From positions 31,434,001 through 31,498,000 of the forward strand of contig NC_088854.1 in assembly GCF_963853765.1 (NCBI RefSeq): a DNA stretch of 64,000 bases, in the 5' to 3' direction. A model generated the notes under the pieces. That model worked only from the letters and a program-made list of their open reading frames with translations. It searched no databases and was not told the DNA's origin. Source of the stretch: Magallana gigas (taxonomy: Eukaryota). The position numbers and the translations under genes are program-made. Below, one piece after another: positions 27,079 to 39,698 of the stretch. Within the stretch, counting starts at the first letter, position 1, and every line of letters starts with the position of its first letter.

Positions 27079-30000
27079 TTATTTCCTGGGTAAGGCGTTG
27101 AGGACCTCCGCTATTTTTTCGTAGTCAGAGAGTTGGTTGTAGACAGTGGCGGACAGCCTGAGGTAGAGCTGGCCCTGGGCGGGACACACGGCAGTGTTGA
27201 TTCTGTGCTTCCTCATCAGATCTAATATCAATCTCTCGGCTCCTTCCTAAAATAAGATCGAATTTTAAGTATAAACTTACCGGTACATCTATCTTAATTA
27301 TGGTTTTAAAAAATTGTTCAACATATATCCAATTTTTTTTCTTCTGATATCTGACAATTCTTTTATTATGAGAACAACTGAAGATATCTCAACAACTGTT
27401 TAACATGCGTTCTAAAATGTGTTACAAATGAAGGTTTTTATGAGAGGGTTTTCATCCATCTTTGCAAGATGTCAGCAGATACTAAATGTACAGCACAGAC
27501 CTCAAAGCTGTCAGAGGGTGACTTTCGTCATTCATCATCGACTTTCATATTTCCAAATCAATACCGACAAAATTGAGTGCTACCAGGTAGAAATGTCTTC
27601 TGTTTAGCTGTGTTGCAGGAAAACAAAACAGGTGAGTTTCAGTCTCATGCCAAGTATTTCTTACTTACATGTGTTCCAGCTGGATATCCTTCGTATTCTG
27701 GAAGCAAGACTAGTCTCATGTATGGTGCTTCCATCGACTTCGGAATTTCCGGCTTTGGAGTTCCTAGTTTATCCGATATCATTGATGTTACGTTGTCCAA
27801 GAGAGCTTTCGTGTACTGGTGAATCTTCTCCTGCATATGACGGATATATGGTTGTGATAAGATTTGAACTTGAATAACAATTTGCCACCGAAAGTATGTT
27901 TACATATAAGGATAGAGTGAGGGTAAAACGAATGAATAACCCCTAACAGACCTATATGGAACCGAATCCTTAAAAAATACCTTGAATAGTAAGTCATGAA
28001 TCAAAAATGATCTACATGTAGTCAGAACAAGAGAGTTCTAACATGCTTTCTTCTCTCCTGTCGGTAACTTTCACTCAAAAATATTATTTACTGCGTACCA
28101 TAAAAACCAAAACATAATTATTTACCATTCCTCCAATTTCAGAAAAGAACTTTAGCGCCTCTGGGACTAAGAAATATGGTATATTGTCACGAGTTCCTTG
28201 CATAAAGTATTCCAACTGAACGCCTTTTTTGTACATATGTGACGTCACAAGTGGAGTACACCAATCATGGTGTTGTTTAGCAATCCAGAGAATTGCACAC
28301 CCTCGAGGCGTGAACACCCATTTGTGAAAGTTCCCAGTATAGAAATCGGGTTGAAGCTCTTCCAAGTTGATTTCCACTTGCCCTGGAGCATGCGCTCCGT
28401 CTATAAACACCAAGACTCCCCTTTTTCTGCACTCTTCAATCATTTCTCTCAAGGGGAAAACTAATGCTGTCGGGCTGGTAATGTGATCTGCAAGAAAGAT
28501 TCATTTTTTGACGAATAAAAAAAACTAGCATCCAAATTTTACGACAAATATTTATTTAACTAACAAATTGAATCTTTCGTTACCTAAAACAACTAATCGG
28601 ATCTTTGGATGTTTGTCAAGGTGTGACGTCATGCTTTCGACCACTTGTTGTTCGTCCTTAATGGGGAAGCGTATATCGAATTGGTGTATGTGTCCACCTA
28701 AAACGTTCATGCATTGTTTTCTTACTAGTTACAGTAATTTGAGAGAACAAATATTTAAAATGTTTAATGTAAAGAACAATATTCTTGACTAATAGAATCA
28801 TTTGTTGCTGTTAACACGACCTCGTCGCAAACCATGGTTTTGAGTTCACAAGATGTTAATACGGGTTCTGAGCAATTGTCAATGATGTTACAAAATATAT
28901 AATCTGCTCGGAATTAAGATTACTCTAGCTATTTATGAAGCATATTTATTACTAAAACAGCTAGAGAAGAAAATTAAATTTATTATTCAAACCCCAACCC
29001 CCGCCTAAAAAAAATAAAATAGATAAATGTGTTAAACTTTTAGCCGATCGCAGTCGCAATGACAGAAATGTTGGTGACTTTTTCATTAACATGTATACAA
29101 AAATCTCTTGATGGTTAGAAAGAATACAGAGAATAGATTCGCTTTTTTAAATATCAGACCTGTGGAAAATTCTGCCACTTTACGACACGCATTAGCAACA
29201 GCTCTGTATGTATGTACTGTCGTCAAAATCTCGTCTCCATCTCGCCATGGCAAAGCCTTCAGAACACTGTTAACACCTGAAAAACGTATTCATATAATAC
29301 TAGTATTGAGAAACTTCAATCGGAACCATAAGGTACAATTTATGTCTAAGTATACGAAATATATGGTTATTTGGCGACATATCTGACCTGTGGTCGCATT
29401 CTGGACGAACACTAAATTCTCTGGATCCGCGCCCACAAATCTGGCGGCCGCCTCCCTGGCCTGCGTGTACAGCTGGTACTCAGTCTGTCTGTAGAACAGG
29501 TCCGGGTTGTAGTTTAACTCATCATGTAATCTGAAACAATATTCTGTGAATGTATATATATATGATTACAAAATGGTTATTTTTCGTAAGCGTAGCTTAA
29601 GGTAGTACAAAACAGGTAAGCTAAATTTTTCCTATAATTCAATTTTTCTGAAATTTTTATATTTTTTTCTTTGGAATGAAATCTTTTAATACGTAAAATT
29701 TGAAAAAAAATCCGACTTCTCAATTTTTGCCCGCATCGCCCCAAACTTAACATTGGAATATCCTCTCAGTGGAGTGTAAAATGAAATAGTCATTGTTATA
29801 ATTTTCTATGCCATTAAGTTATTTTTCAAGATATTACAAATATTTGTGCTGCTATTTAAACAAGAGACATTCTTGTTACTTAAAAATACTAAAATAAATT
29901 ATAACTGGTAACTTAAGATAATTTCTCATGCAATATAATGTAAAACTAGTGCTTGTGAATACTCTTTTAAGACGAAAATATGCAGCACTTAACGGTATCT

Positions 30001-31364
30001 AAAAAGAAAATGTATAATTCAAATTTGAATAAAATTTAACAGTATGATTGGCATGACCCTGTAATTAAAATATATCAAAATAAAGAAAATTTAACCATTG
30101 GTTTTAGATTAATTAAGGTTTAAGTATGTTTGACGGAGGTATAAATTGATTAAAATCTTAGATGACGTCATCATATTTGACCTTTGACCTGATGATATGA
30201 CCTTGAAATTTGTTTGACATAAAGCTAAAATACTGGTGGTGGCTGTGTCTAAATTTCAGGTCTTCACTATGAAAAGAACACAAATTACGCATTTTTAAAT
30301 GATATAAGGCTAAATTGCATAAGAATCATATGAACACCATCCAAATGTATGTTTCAAAATTATCGAAATACGTTGTATCCTAACTTTATTTGGCCTTGAG
30401 TAATTGATGGGTATGATTTATATTTTTTTCTTAAGATAATGGACTATAATTAATTTTTACATCATATTAAGTCATTATTTTGTGTATTTCTGAAAATATT
30501 TCAAATAGATAATTTCAGGGGTGTTTCGTACTACCTTAAATGATCAAAACACGGTTGCATATTTTGTAGTTTCCGTTATCAACTCTAAACCAGAATTAGC
30601 GCTATCTGAAAAATATAGTTTTATATTTACATATACCGAATACGATTCCCTTTATTTTTACTTACTTTTTTATAATCAATTTATTTATTAGTTAAAAGAG
30701 ACATGTAAATATAAACAATAAAATGCTTTCTTTGATGATTCATGCGGGTTATGAAGGTAGCGATCATTGCAGAAAAATATTCGGGATGTGTATTTTTTCT
30801 GCAATGTCGCCAACTTCATATCCCGAATGAATCACCAAAGAGAACATTTTATTGTTTAAATAAACCTATGATGATTGAATTTTAAAATAGTGGTTATAGG
30901 TTATAAATTATCATTTACAGACAGGAATCTATATTTATCAGCAAATTCTATTGTTAACGTTTATTTGCTTACCAAAAAAATAACCAACTTCGATAAGCAT
31001 TCGTAAACTATAGTTTACAACCGTTAAATATGATTTTTCAGATGAAAACTAATTAAAGTAAACGAATCGTTTCAGTCATATAGTTTTCGGTTTGAAAACT
31101 ATAGTTTATCAACTGTGAAACTATTTTTAGCTTATTTTGGTTATCATGGCGTGCCATAGATTTTTCATGTGTTGGGTTATATGATAACAAGTTCGTAAAG
31201 GCCGATGCCTGAAATATTTGGAGAGTAACCTAATCTTACTGTTTTTGTCTATCTCGTATCTTTATAGGGATCGCCCCATATGATCCATGATTTAAAAAGG
31301 TCACTCCCTCCTCGAAATGAAAGCATTCTTTTTTCATAGCTGCTCCAAATATTGCGTTAGCCAT
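27079..31364 (-). CDS. PLP-dependent class-V aminotransferase-fold C-S lyase (Egt2 hercynylcysteine sulfoxide lyase / L-cysteine desulfhydrase / isopenicillin N epimerase family), 396 aa
   Basis: Exons 31364-31240, 29530-29388, 29276-29160, 28697-28584, 28487-28126, 27830-27669, 27246-27079 (1191 nt, open). Family motifs FLNHGSYG, NATTGVN, DHITSPT, DGAHAPG, GNFHKW (PLP lysine), QGTRD and YLRLSATVYN. Confidence 0.9.
29601..30535. mobile_element. Non-autonomous TTAA-site DNA transposon (Kolobok-like), 935 bp, in the lyase gene intron
   Basis: TTAA|GGTAGTACAAAACA ... TGTTTCGTACTACC|TTAA; TIR 13/14; no ORF. Confidence 0.8.
30726..30845. repeat. Fold-back (long inverted repeat) element; related fragments near 5320 and 44243
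   Basis: Arms TGATTCATGCGGGTTATGAAGGTAGCGATCATTGCAGAAAAATA / TATTTTTTCTGCAATGTCGCCAACTTCATATCCCGAATGAATCA around a short spacer. Confidence 0.7.
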
Positions 31365-31733
31365 GGTCCCTCTTGTCCAGATTTCCTGAAAGGCGCGGAT
31401 CCAAAAGCAAAGGTAACACCTAATCAAAGGCACAATAATCACACAAAGCAGATCTAGATCTACAGCATTTAAAACCTTTTGTTTATAAGGGGCTGTACTG
31501 TGATTGTTTCTTTCTATCTCTAATCCGTGAAGTCGACCGAAACGATATATACATGTATACAATATTAGTATGTAAATTTGTGTTTTTATGTATATTAATT
31601 AATATAGGTTACAGACTAATCCATAATCTTGACAAGCAAATAGAAAAAAAACCCTGAAAGTTCAAAAACCTTATCCCTGGGAGATGGGGGTGGGGGGGGG
31701 GGGGGGGACGGAGGGGTAAGTTGGGTTAGGATC

Positions 31734-31928
31734 ATAGGCGTCGGAACCGGGGGAGGGGGGGGGGGGGCTTACCGGGGGAGGGGGGGCTTAGCCGTCCGCT
31801 GCCGTCACATTTTCGTTCAGGATTTTGGGGGTAACCTTTTTATTTGGGTTTTTCTAATGGTTAGTCTAGCCCCCCCCCCCCCCCACACACACACACACAC
31901 TTTCAATGTGCTTCCCGGCGACGCCACT
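31734..31928. mobile_element. Truncated G/C-tract MITE related to 56582-56931
   Basis: Starts CATAGGCGTCGGAACC and ends CGACGCCACTG, with poly-G and poly-C tracts. No clean TSD. Confidence 0.55.
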
Positions 31929-32355
31929 GAGCGTTGTATTTTAAACTTTAATTTTATTGCGAATTTTTTTTTGTGTTTTTTTTTACTTCAAATTTTAGAG
32001 ATGGAGGGGGAGTGGGAACTGACACCTTCATAATTCAATATTTAGTTGTTATTTATAAGTAATTTTTTTGGAAAATATATATATATGTTATATATGTTGC
32101 GAAAAAAATCCTCCCTATCCCTATCTGTAGCTACGTTTATGTATTTTTTTTTTTAAATGTATTATCGTATTATTTAACCAATACCACCATTTCCTTCTTA
32201 TTTAAAAGTCTGCACTCATTTTTTAGAAAGACCTATGCAAGTTGTTTTCAAAACTGAAAAATGAGTTTCGTCCCTCCTAGTTTACAAATAATTATTGATC
32301 TTCGAATGATTAGTATCGATGCAGAAAAAATGTATATTATCTTTGTTTTACAGTA

Positions 32356-32713
32356 CAGGCACGTAGCATCGTTTTTGAAAGTGGGGGGCCAGACTCATCC
32401 AAAAATTCTTGACAAGCAAAAAAAAAAAAAAAAAAAAATTAAATAAGACTTTCCCAAAAATCTTCAAAATCCTAATCCGGGGGGGGGGGGGGGGGGGGGG
32501 GGGGGGCTGGCATAGTATATAACTTCAATTTCAATCCTAATTTCCTTATTCTCATATCAATTTTTTACATCCTCAAAAAAAGTGGGGGGCCAACTCCATG
32601 ATAATTCAATTTTTTATGTGTCAATTTAAAAAAATTAGTTGATGTGAGAAAAAGTGGGGGGCCAGGCCCCCCCTGGCCCCCCCCCCCCCCCCCCCCCTGA
32701 TGCTACGTGCCTG
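32356..32713. mobile_element. G/C-tract MITE with 5-bp TSD
   Basis: Perfect 15-bp TIR CAGGCACGTAGCATC / GATGCTACGTGCCTG, flanked by CAGTA on both sides. Confidence 0.85.
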
Positions 32714-33399
32714 CAGTATCTAATTTTTTATTTGCAAATGATGGTCCATAAAACTATGCAAAATGGCTAACTATCCCTTTTCCGGAAATAAAAATCATAT
32801 TGACACAGTTTTAAGTTTTAGCGAGCTTTGTTTACTTCCTCTTTGAATTGCTGATAAACTAACCAAGTTGATCATGTTACTTTAAAATAGCTGATAATTT
32901 TATGGTAATCAAATAGATGAACAATTTTTCAGCTGATTATCATAAACATAGATAGAGTGTTCATGTTGAATATCAGGTAACAGTTTTTGTAACGAGTACA
33001 AGTACTTGTGGCGAACTTGTGCTGGATTTGACTTAACAGTTAACTATAGAATAGGCCTCTATAGGTTTTTTTTATTTGTTTGAGTTTTTTGGGGGGTGCA
33101 TTAATTTTGAAGTATTTTGTAGATTTTTATATATATTCACGTTAAGAAAGAATAATCTTACAGTGACCAGGCTACGCTCAGGTCACAGTAAGAATTTGTC
33201 TTATACACTTGCAATGTAGCAGCCGCGAAGCGGATGATCTTCGCGTCGATTTTAAGTCCGTTAAAAATAATCTGCAGAGGAAAAACACATTTTAATACAT
33301 TACAAACCTTTTTGGACATGCATATGTAGTTTAGTCCACAAAATATCCATTTAATGCGTCGTACCAAGGCATTTTGTTAAACTACGCGTTTGAATTTAC

Positions 33400-33460
33400 C
33401 TGCCATTTTGTCGGAAATTGCACTCGGAATGTCTTGGATTTTATCGTTAACATGGCGACC
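33400..33460. promoter_or_regulatory. Putative compact bidirectional promoter shared by the lyase and AASDHPPT
   Basis: Back-to-back YY1-like motifs: CAAAATGGC on the minus strand (ATG 33406) and AACATGGCG on the plus strand (ATG 33452). Each is followed by a consensus donor (after 33400 on minus, after 33560 on plus) leading to non-coding exons. Confidence 0.55.
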
Positions 33461-33790
33461 ATAATAGCGAATTTTCAAATGTGATGATAAAAGTTGCAGC
33501 GATTTCGTTGCAAAAACAGTTTATGTGGTAATATGGGATTATAAAAAAGAAACATTGCAGGTATTTGAGACCAATCATGAAAATTTAGGCGAGATACAGT
33601 GCGATATAATTTTTTTATTTGCTACGAAGCGAGTATATGGGACAAATTCTATCGTTAAACCGGGTCCGTAGGACATCTGTCATTTTAACGAAAGAACATT
33701 CTATCTAATTCACGTTATAAACACATATAATTATCATGAGATATTTCACTTGTAGCGTACTTGAACAGAACTGTATAGCTTCTCGAGAAA

Positions 33791-36151
33791 ATGATAAAAT
33801 GGGCTTTCAGTTTCCGAACTTGGCAGCCAACAAGATCGGAGTGGATGTTTTGTGGCCAGTGTATACAGAGTGAAGAAAAAGACCGAATTCAGAGATTTGT
33901 TTTTAAGAAAGATGCAAAAGCAGCCATGGTAGGTCCAATATTAAAAAAAAAAATTAATTAAACAATGATGTCAAAATTCATGCAAGAACTTTTTCAGTCA
34001 TGGAAGGTCTATTATGAATAAAGATTGAATTAAATAATGATGTCAAAATTCTTGCAAGAACTTTTTCATTTGAAATTTTAAGATTGGACGGCTGTTGATT
34101 CGAAAAGCAATTGCAGATTGCTTACACATACCATGTACAGAAATCAAATTAGGAAGAACAGAAAGGGGCAAACCTTTCCTTGAAAATTCAGGACAGGAAG
34201 ACTTTAGTTTTAATGTTTCTCACCATGGAGACTATGCAGTTCTGGCAGCCACTAAAGATGGATTGGTTGGTGTGGATGTCATGAAGTATGAAGTCAGTAG
34301 GTATAAAGAAAAACTAAATGCTACATACATTTGTTGACACAATCTCTTTAGTATCTGCTTAATATGTTCAAGACAACAGTCATTGGTCTTTAATCATTGT
34401 TCTTCAATTTTGCAGAAACTTCTGTACCAAATTTTTTCCATACTATGAGGCGCCAGTTCACTGATTCTGAATGGATTCAGATACGGAAATCAGCGAAGGA
34501 AAGTGAGCAGCTGAAAACATTCTACAGACTCTGGGTAGTATTGCATTTTATTTTAAGCTTTGAAATGCTTAGCATGGAATTTGCCATGGGTACTACCAAT
34601 AGTAGTTTATTTTTTTCATTTCATGGGAATTCAATCTATGCATAAGAATTTTTCAAACATACTATTTGGTAACATTTCAAAGATAGTTTTTTAAATTTAA
34701 TATGGCCCAGTTTATATAAATGTATTTCCAGATTAAGGCTATAATTATCAAGTGATACCTGCATTTTCGAACATGTCATCACTACTATTAGCTTGTAGTG
34801 CAGTATTTTTCACAGTTCTACTTATTTCTGTTACTACACGTATGTTATTTCTGTTCCTATGAACATAAATTGTAACACTTTGTTACTTGAGAAGGCAATT
34901 ATATACAAGATTACATGACTATTTCATTCATTGACAAGTTATTTCATTGTCATCTACTTCAGTGTCTTAAAGAGAGTTATGTGAAAGCTCTTGGAACAGG
35001 AATAGGATACGATTTAAGTAAACTGAACTTTGAATTCAAAATGGACTTTTTGCAAGAAAACAAAGTAACAACAGATACAAAGTTGAGAGTGTATGAAGAG
35101 GATCTTTCAGAATGGACTTTTGAAGAACATTCTCTTGACAACCATTGTATTGTAGTGGCAAAGAATCAAAAGGTGGGTCAAAAGCATAATGTAAGCAAAA
35201 TTTGGTCTATCTAAATACCAGTCTATCAAAGAATTTAATTGTCAATAGACACTTTGGGTGCTTTCCATTAAACCTGCATTGCTGCCACTTGATAGATTTT
35301 CTGGTGGTGCCTTTATCGCTGATTGATGGAAGGTGCATTGCCAGCTGGTGATTATGGCAACACATTTTACCATTGCATATCAGGAAACAATATGGCAATA
35401 AGTTTTCCTATTCTACAAAACGGGGATTTCTGTAACTCTGATTTGTCCTATTACATTGAACTACATTATAACTTCAAGTAGCCTTCATTTCAAGATAAGT
35501 ATTAGTTTTAAGCTGCAATGTTGAAATCATTTATGTTGAAGTATTGTGACATTGCCAACCGTACCATTAACGACATCTCTCTGGATGACTTAGCCAGTTA
35601 AGCAACATTAATGGAAAGCGCCCTTATTTAATTAAACAGAGCTTGTGCCATGCTTTGTTTACATCAGTTCAATATACCGTTAAAAGCTCTTTTTCAAGCT
35701 GAGTTTCTGTCTGCTTATTTATTGTTAACATAACAGTTTCCAGTGTTTGCCACATTCAGTTTAGATCTAAACTAGGAATTTTTTTTCAAAATGTAAACAA
35801 AACATGACCTGAGCTTTGTTTATAAAAACAAAGAATTGTGAACCCTCTATTACGCTTATAACTTGACAACTGCCACTCAAATTTAGTTGACTACTTAGTA
35901 TTAGATGCCCTTTTTATCTGACTATATTAACTAAGCCTAAAAAAATTTAGCATAACATTTTTTTTTCTGTGTTTCAGACTCAATCATCCAGTGGAAACGA
36001 AACAAATGATAACCCTTGTAGTTTTAAACTCTTATCATTAGAGGACTTATTAGAAAAAGCCTCACCAATAAGTGACCCTGATGAAAGATTCTGGGAAAAC
36101 TTTCACCTTAAAGATGAGGCACCTCAGATTAAACAGAAAAATAGTGAATAA
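33791..36151 (+). CDS. AASDHPPT: L-aminoadipate-semialdehyde dehydrogenase-phosphopantetheinyl transferase (Sfp-type PPTase), 284 aa
   Basis: Exons 33791-33928, 34083-34296, 34416-34534, 34963-35172, 35978-36151 (855 nt). Motifs KWAF, RTERGKP, FNVSHHGDY, VGVDVM and WCLKESYVKALGTG. Confidence 0.93.
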
Positions 36152-36663
36152 TTTTTTTAAAATCTTGAATATATACTACTCTTCTAACGCATGAAAAAGA
36201 TTATTTGTCATTTTCAGTGTATAAGCTGACATACTGTTATAGCAAACAGTTAATTTGCTCTGTTGAATTGTTATAAAGCTGAAAAACCTTAAATTCACCT
36301 AAAATCTTGTGAAATATTTTTTTTTAACTACAAGTATGCAGCAATAAAATGAAAGACATATGCATGTTATTGTTGTGAAAACAGGTCGTTTTTAATTATT
36401 AACATTGATTTGTAAGGGGTAAATTTTCTGTGGCATGGAAAGTTTTATGTCAGTTTCATTTTACCTGGTATAAGATTTTGTACATGTAAGTAACATGCCA
36501 TTTTAAAGTGGGAAAGGTACATGAAAGTACATGTGAATAGGGATCATTTCCGACTCATTAAATGGAAAACACCAGATGACAAGCTATATTGATATTTATT
36601 ATATATATACCAGAAGTACAATTTTGTTAGTTTTTATTTTGAATACACTCATAAATGCTCTTC

Positions 36664-39242
36664 TTAATTCACGTTTAAGAAGTAGGCCCAATATACAACA
36701 TTAAACGTTATGAAAAGAAAAGGGTAGACAACTCTAAATATATTCTGTAATTTTCCGTGTTGGATTTTACAACAAGAATTTTCATCACCTTCTTCAGTTC
36801 CAGAATTCTCCTGCAACAAAAACATCGTTTGTTAGCTTTTAGAATACATGTAGTCTTATGGATGTTACAGACCTACATTTAATCAACAAGTAAAAAATTA
36901 GGACGATGTGATTTGTGTACCTTATATTTGTTTTTGGACTTATCCTTCCTCCGTTTCATGTTATGAACAACAGCGAAGACACACAGAGCCATAATGGTGA
37001 ATAGCATGCATACTGCAATCCAAATGTCAATGGCCAACACCCCCTCTAGTCCATTTCCTAGAGAAACCACGCCCACCAGTTGTGTTACTATGGTGAGAAC
37101 ACCTAACACGCCCAGACTGGTGCGCGCGCCGACTTGAGCCTTGTCAATCCACATACTCATCCATCCCAAGATGACGATGAACAAGCTAGGGACGTAGATA
37201 CGTAATATGTATTGGCTGAAATCCCTCACTATCCCCACATTGTATTTTAAACAGGGGTACTCTTCTGAAGAAAAAAAATCACAGATACGTGAGATACCTT
37301 ATTTGATTATTCACCGTATTTGATTATTCAATCTTATAAATCTGAGATATTCAATTGCAAGACATTAAGGCACCTATCCAATAATTACGTGCTGGGTCTG
37401 TGCAGCTGCCTTCTTTTATATTTGTTACACTTGAACTACTGGCGGAAAACGGGTGCTTGTATCTAAAAGGGTTCTGTTGGTCCCAAACCATGCTCATCTC
37501 CGATGCTGAATAGGTGTCTGAAACGTAACGTATTATATTTTAATGCTTTAAAACTTGAATCATTGTAAAATACCTATTACAAATTCAATTGATTATCAAT
37601 GTAATCGATAGGCATATTGAAACTTACAACTTTCAATTGTAATTTCGCAAGACTGAGAACCACGTGGAAAACCTTGTGACGTCAGAGGGCATGGTGTTCG
37701 AACTGTCAGTCTAAAAGAAAATATTGTATGTCATATAATGAGGTCAAAATCAAAATGATTTATGCATTTGGTATTCTATATTATTTTCAGGAAAAGGAAA
37801 CTTGTCTGTCACCTTGTACTTTTGACTAAAGTTCCGTTAGGATAGATGCGTATGAATACATTGGGTTTGGTTACGCTGTGCTGAACTTCAGATATGGCGT
37901 TGCTGATGTAACTATCGGGCGTCCATATCGTGGCGTATTTATCCTGGTCCACCAAAACGTATTTCCCCGCAAAAATGATGGAGCTGGCGTCGTACTGTAG
38001 ACGAACGTCCTCCCATTGCTGAATCAAATGAAATGACGTGGCAAGCTCCTAATTTTGGGAGAAAAGTCATATTCATATCTTTGCCTAAAGCTTTGTGGCT
38101 AAAAAGCAAAAGTTATCAAATATTCTATTGTTGTATTATGGACTTTTTTCATTGTGCTTTCAATTTATTACCATGCAGGTACTTGCATATTGATAAAAGG
38201 GTAAATATACCTGTAGATTTTAAACTGACTTCAATAATGCAATCATTTTAGAACATTGTATGCCTCAAAGTTTGAAAAAGTCCGATGAAATAAACAAAAA
38301 GACACATGTATATAAGTTAAAATTATGAGAAACGTACAATGTATTTATAAGTTTTTACAAATTTAAAGCCTAATTTATTGCAATATAAATATACTTTTTG
38401 ATCATCTGGGAACAATCGGGAATTGCTACAGGCTCGATATCGGTATATCGAGTGAAATGGAGATGCGCGAGCTGGTTAAATTTAAAAATGGCGTACATGT
38501 AAGCAAAGAAAAAAGGATTTGACCCTGATGGTCGAAAGATGACTGAACAAGGGTGGTCCCAGAGAAGAGGTGGGGTAGGATTAACTAATCAGCCACGGAG
38601 CTTGCTTACCGTAAGGGTTGCAGACTGGATGTAGGTGAATAGAAGCTGGGTCCTGACCTGTGTAACTTGACCTGAAAATGATGAAAGAAAAGTTCTACAC
38701 TTGAGATTTTTCTGTGTCAAACTCAAACGTACGCAGAACAAGAATTATCAGTTATTTTGATCAAGAAAAATTCGCTTTTGAATTTTAAAACTTCATCATT
38801 CGATATACATGTATCTAACACGTTTAAATTTGATTTTAAGGTATTTATGGGTTTTTTTTAAAACCCTTTGTAATAAGTGTATATTTATATTTTAGGTCAG
38901 TCTCAGTCTTCATCTACATCTTAGATATTTCTTGATCATCTTTTATTTCGCTATGCATCAGAACTATGATGGGGGAAAATTAGGTAGTGATCATGTCCAT
39001 CTAGTTACCTGTGTGTATCCAAGGAGGTAGATCATAGTCAACGCGAGACAAGTTTGCTTCTAGTTGGTCCCAACTTTTAAAAAAAAGATTAACATACATG
39101 CACCTATGTATCCATAGAAAAGTGTTTAAATTGCATGATATTCAAATTCGAAAATAAGCGAAGCGTTTTACCTTGGCAAAGCAGCGAGAATTCCGACCAC
39201 TGTGGAGAAAATAGAACAAGCTAGGTATAAAGAAATGGGCAT
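36664..39242 (-). CDS. Orphan Cys-loop (pentameric ligand-gated) channel subunit A, GlyR/GluCl-like clade, 378 aa
   Basis: Exons 39242-39172, 39073-39009, 38671-38610, 38048-37813, 37710-37628, 37517-37389, 37264-36921, 36810-36664 (1137 nt, open). Signal peptide, QWEDVRL, IWTPDSY, Cys-loop CPLTSQGFPRGSQSC, loop-C cysteine pair, M1 YVPSLFIVILGWMSMWI, M2 GARTSLGV, M4 FRVVYPFLFITFNVVYW. Confidence 0.92.
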
Positions 39243-39673
39243 GATGGCGGGTGTTGTCTGCTTATATGAATAAACCCCTTCTGCAAAACCAGTATTTAAA
39301 GGTCATTCAAGTTGAAACCAATCGCGGTGCCTCAATTGTTCATTTCTATTTCGAAATTCTTCTGCAAATTTTTTCCTTAAATATTTATCAATGAACTTTG
39401 CGGATTTTTGCTTTTTAAATCAATTAAGTTTTTAACACAACACGAAGTTGGAGGTTTTTTTTCGGCGTCTGCTGTGAAGGTGTTTAATTAAGTCGCTTCA
39501 TTTGGTGGTATTTGATATCATGTGAAGAGAACGTTGGTGTCTGACAATTTTAAATGATTGTAGATAAACTGAGACCGTCATGCTCACTTCACTTGAAAAC
39601 AAAACAAAAACATTCCCAGCATGACGGAATGATCGAAACCTTGAAAAATGATCAACGGCTATTCAAAGGCATG

Positions 39674-39698
39674 CTCTCTCTCTCTCTCTCTCTCTCTC
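39674..39698. repeat. Short (CT)n microsatellite between the channel genes
   Basis: About 12 CT units. Confidence 0.9.

Noticed and set aside
27079-31364. Fungal or bacterial contamination as the source of the Egt2-like gene
   Set aside because: Six canonical introns, host-type transposons within them, and contiguity with metazoan genes.
34297-34300. Alternative AASDHPPT exon 2 donor (AG|GTATAA) four bases downstream
   Set aside because: It puts exon 3 out of frame with an early stop.
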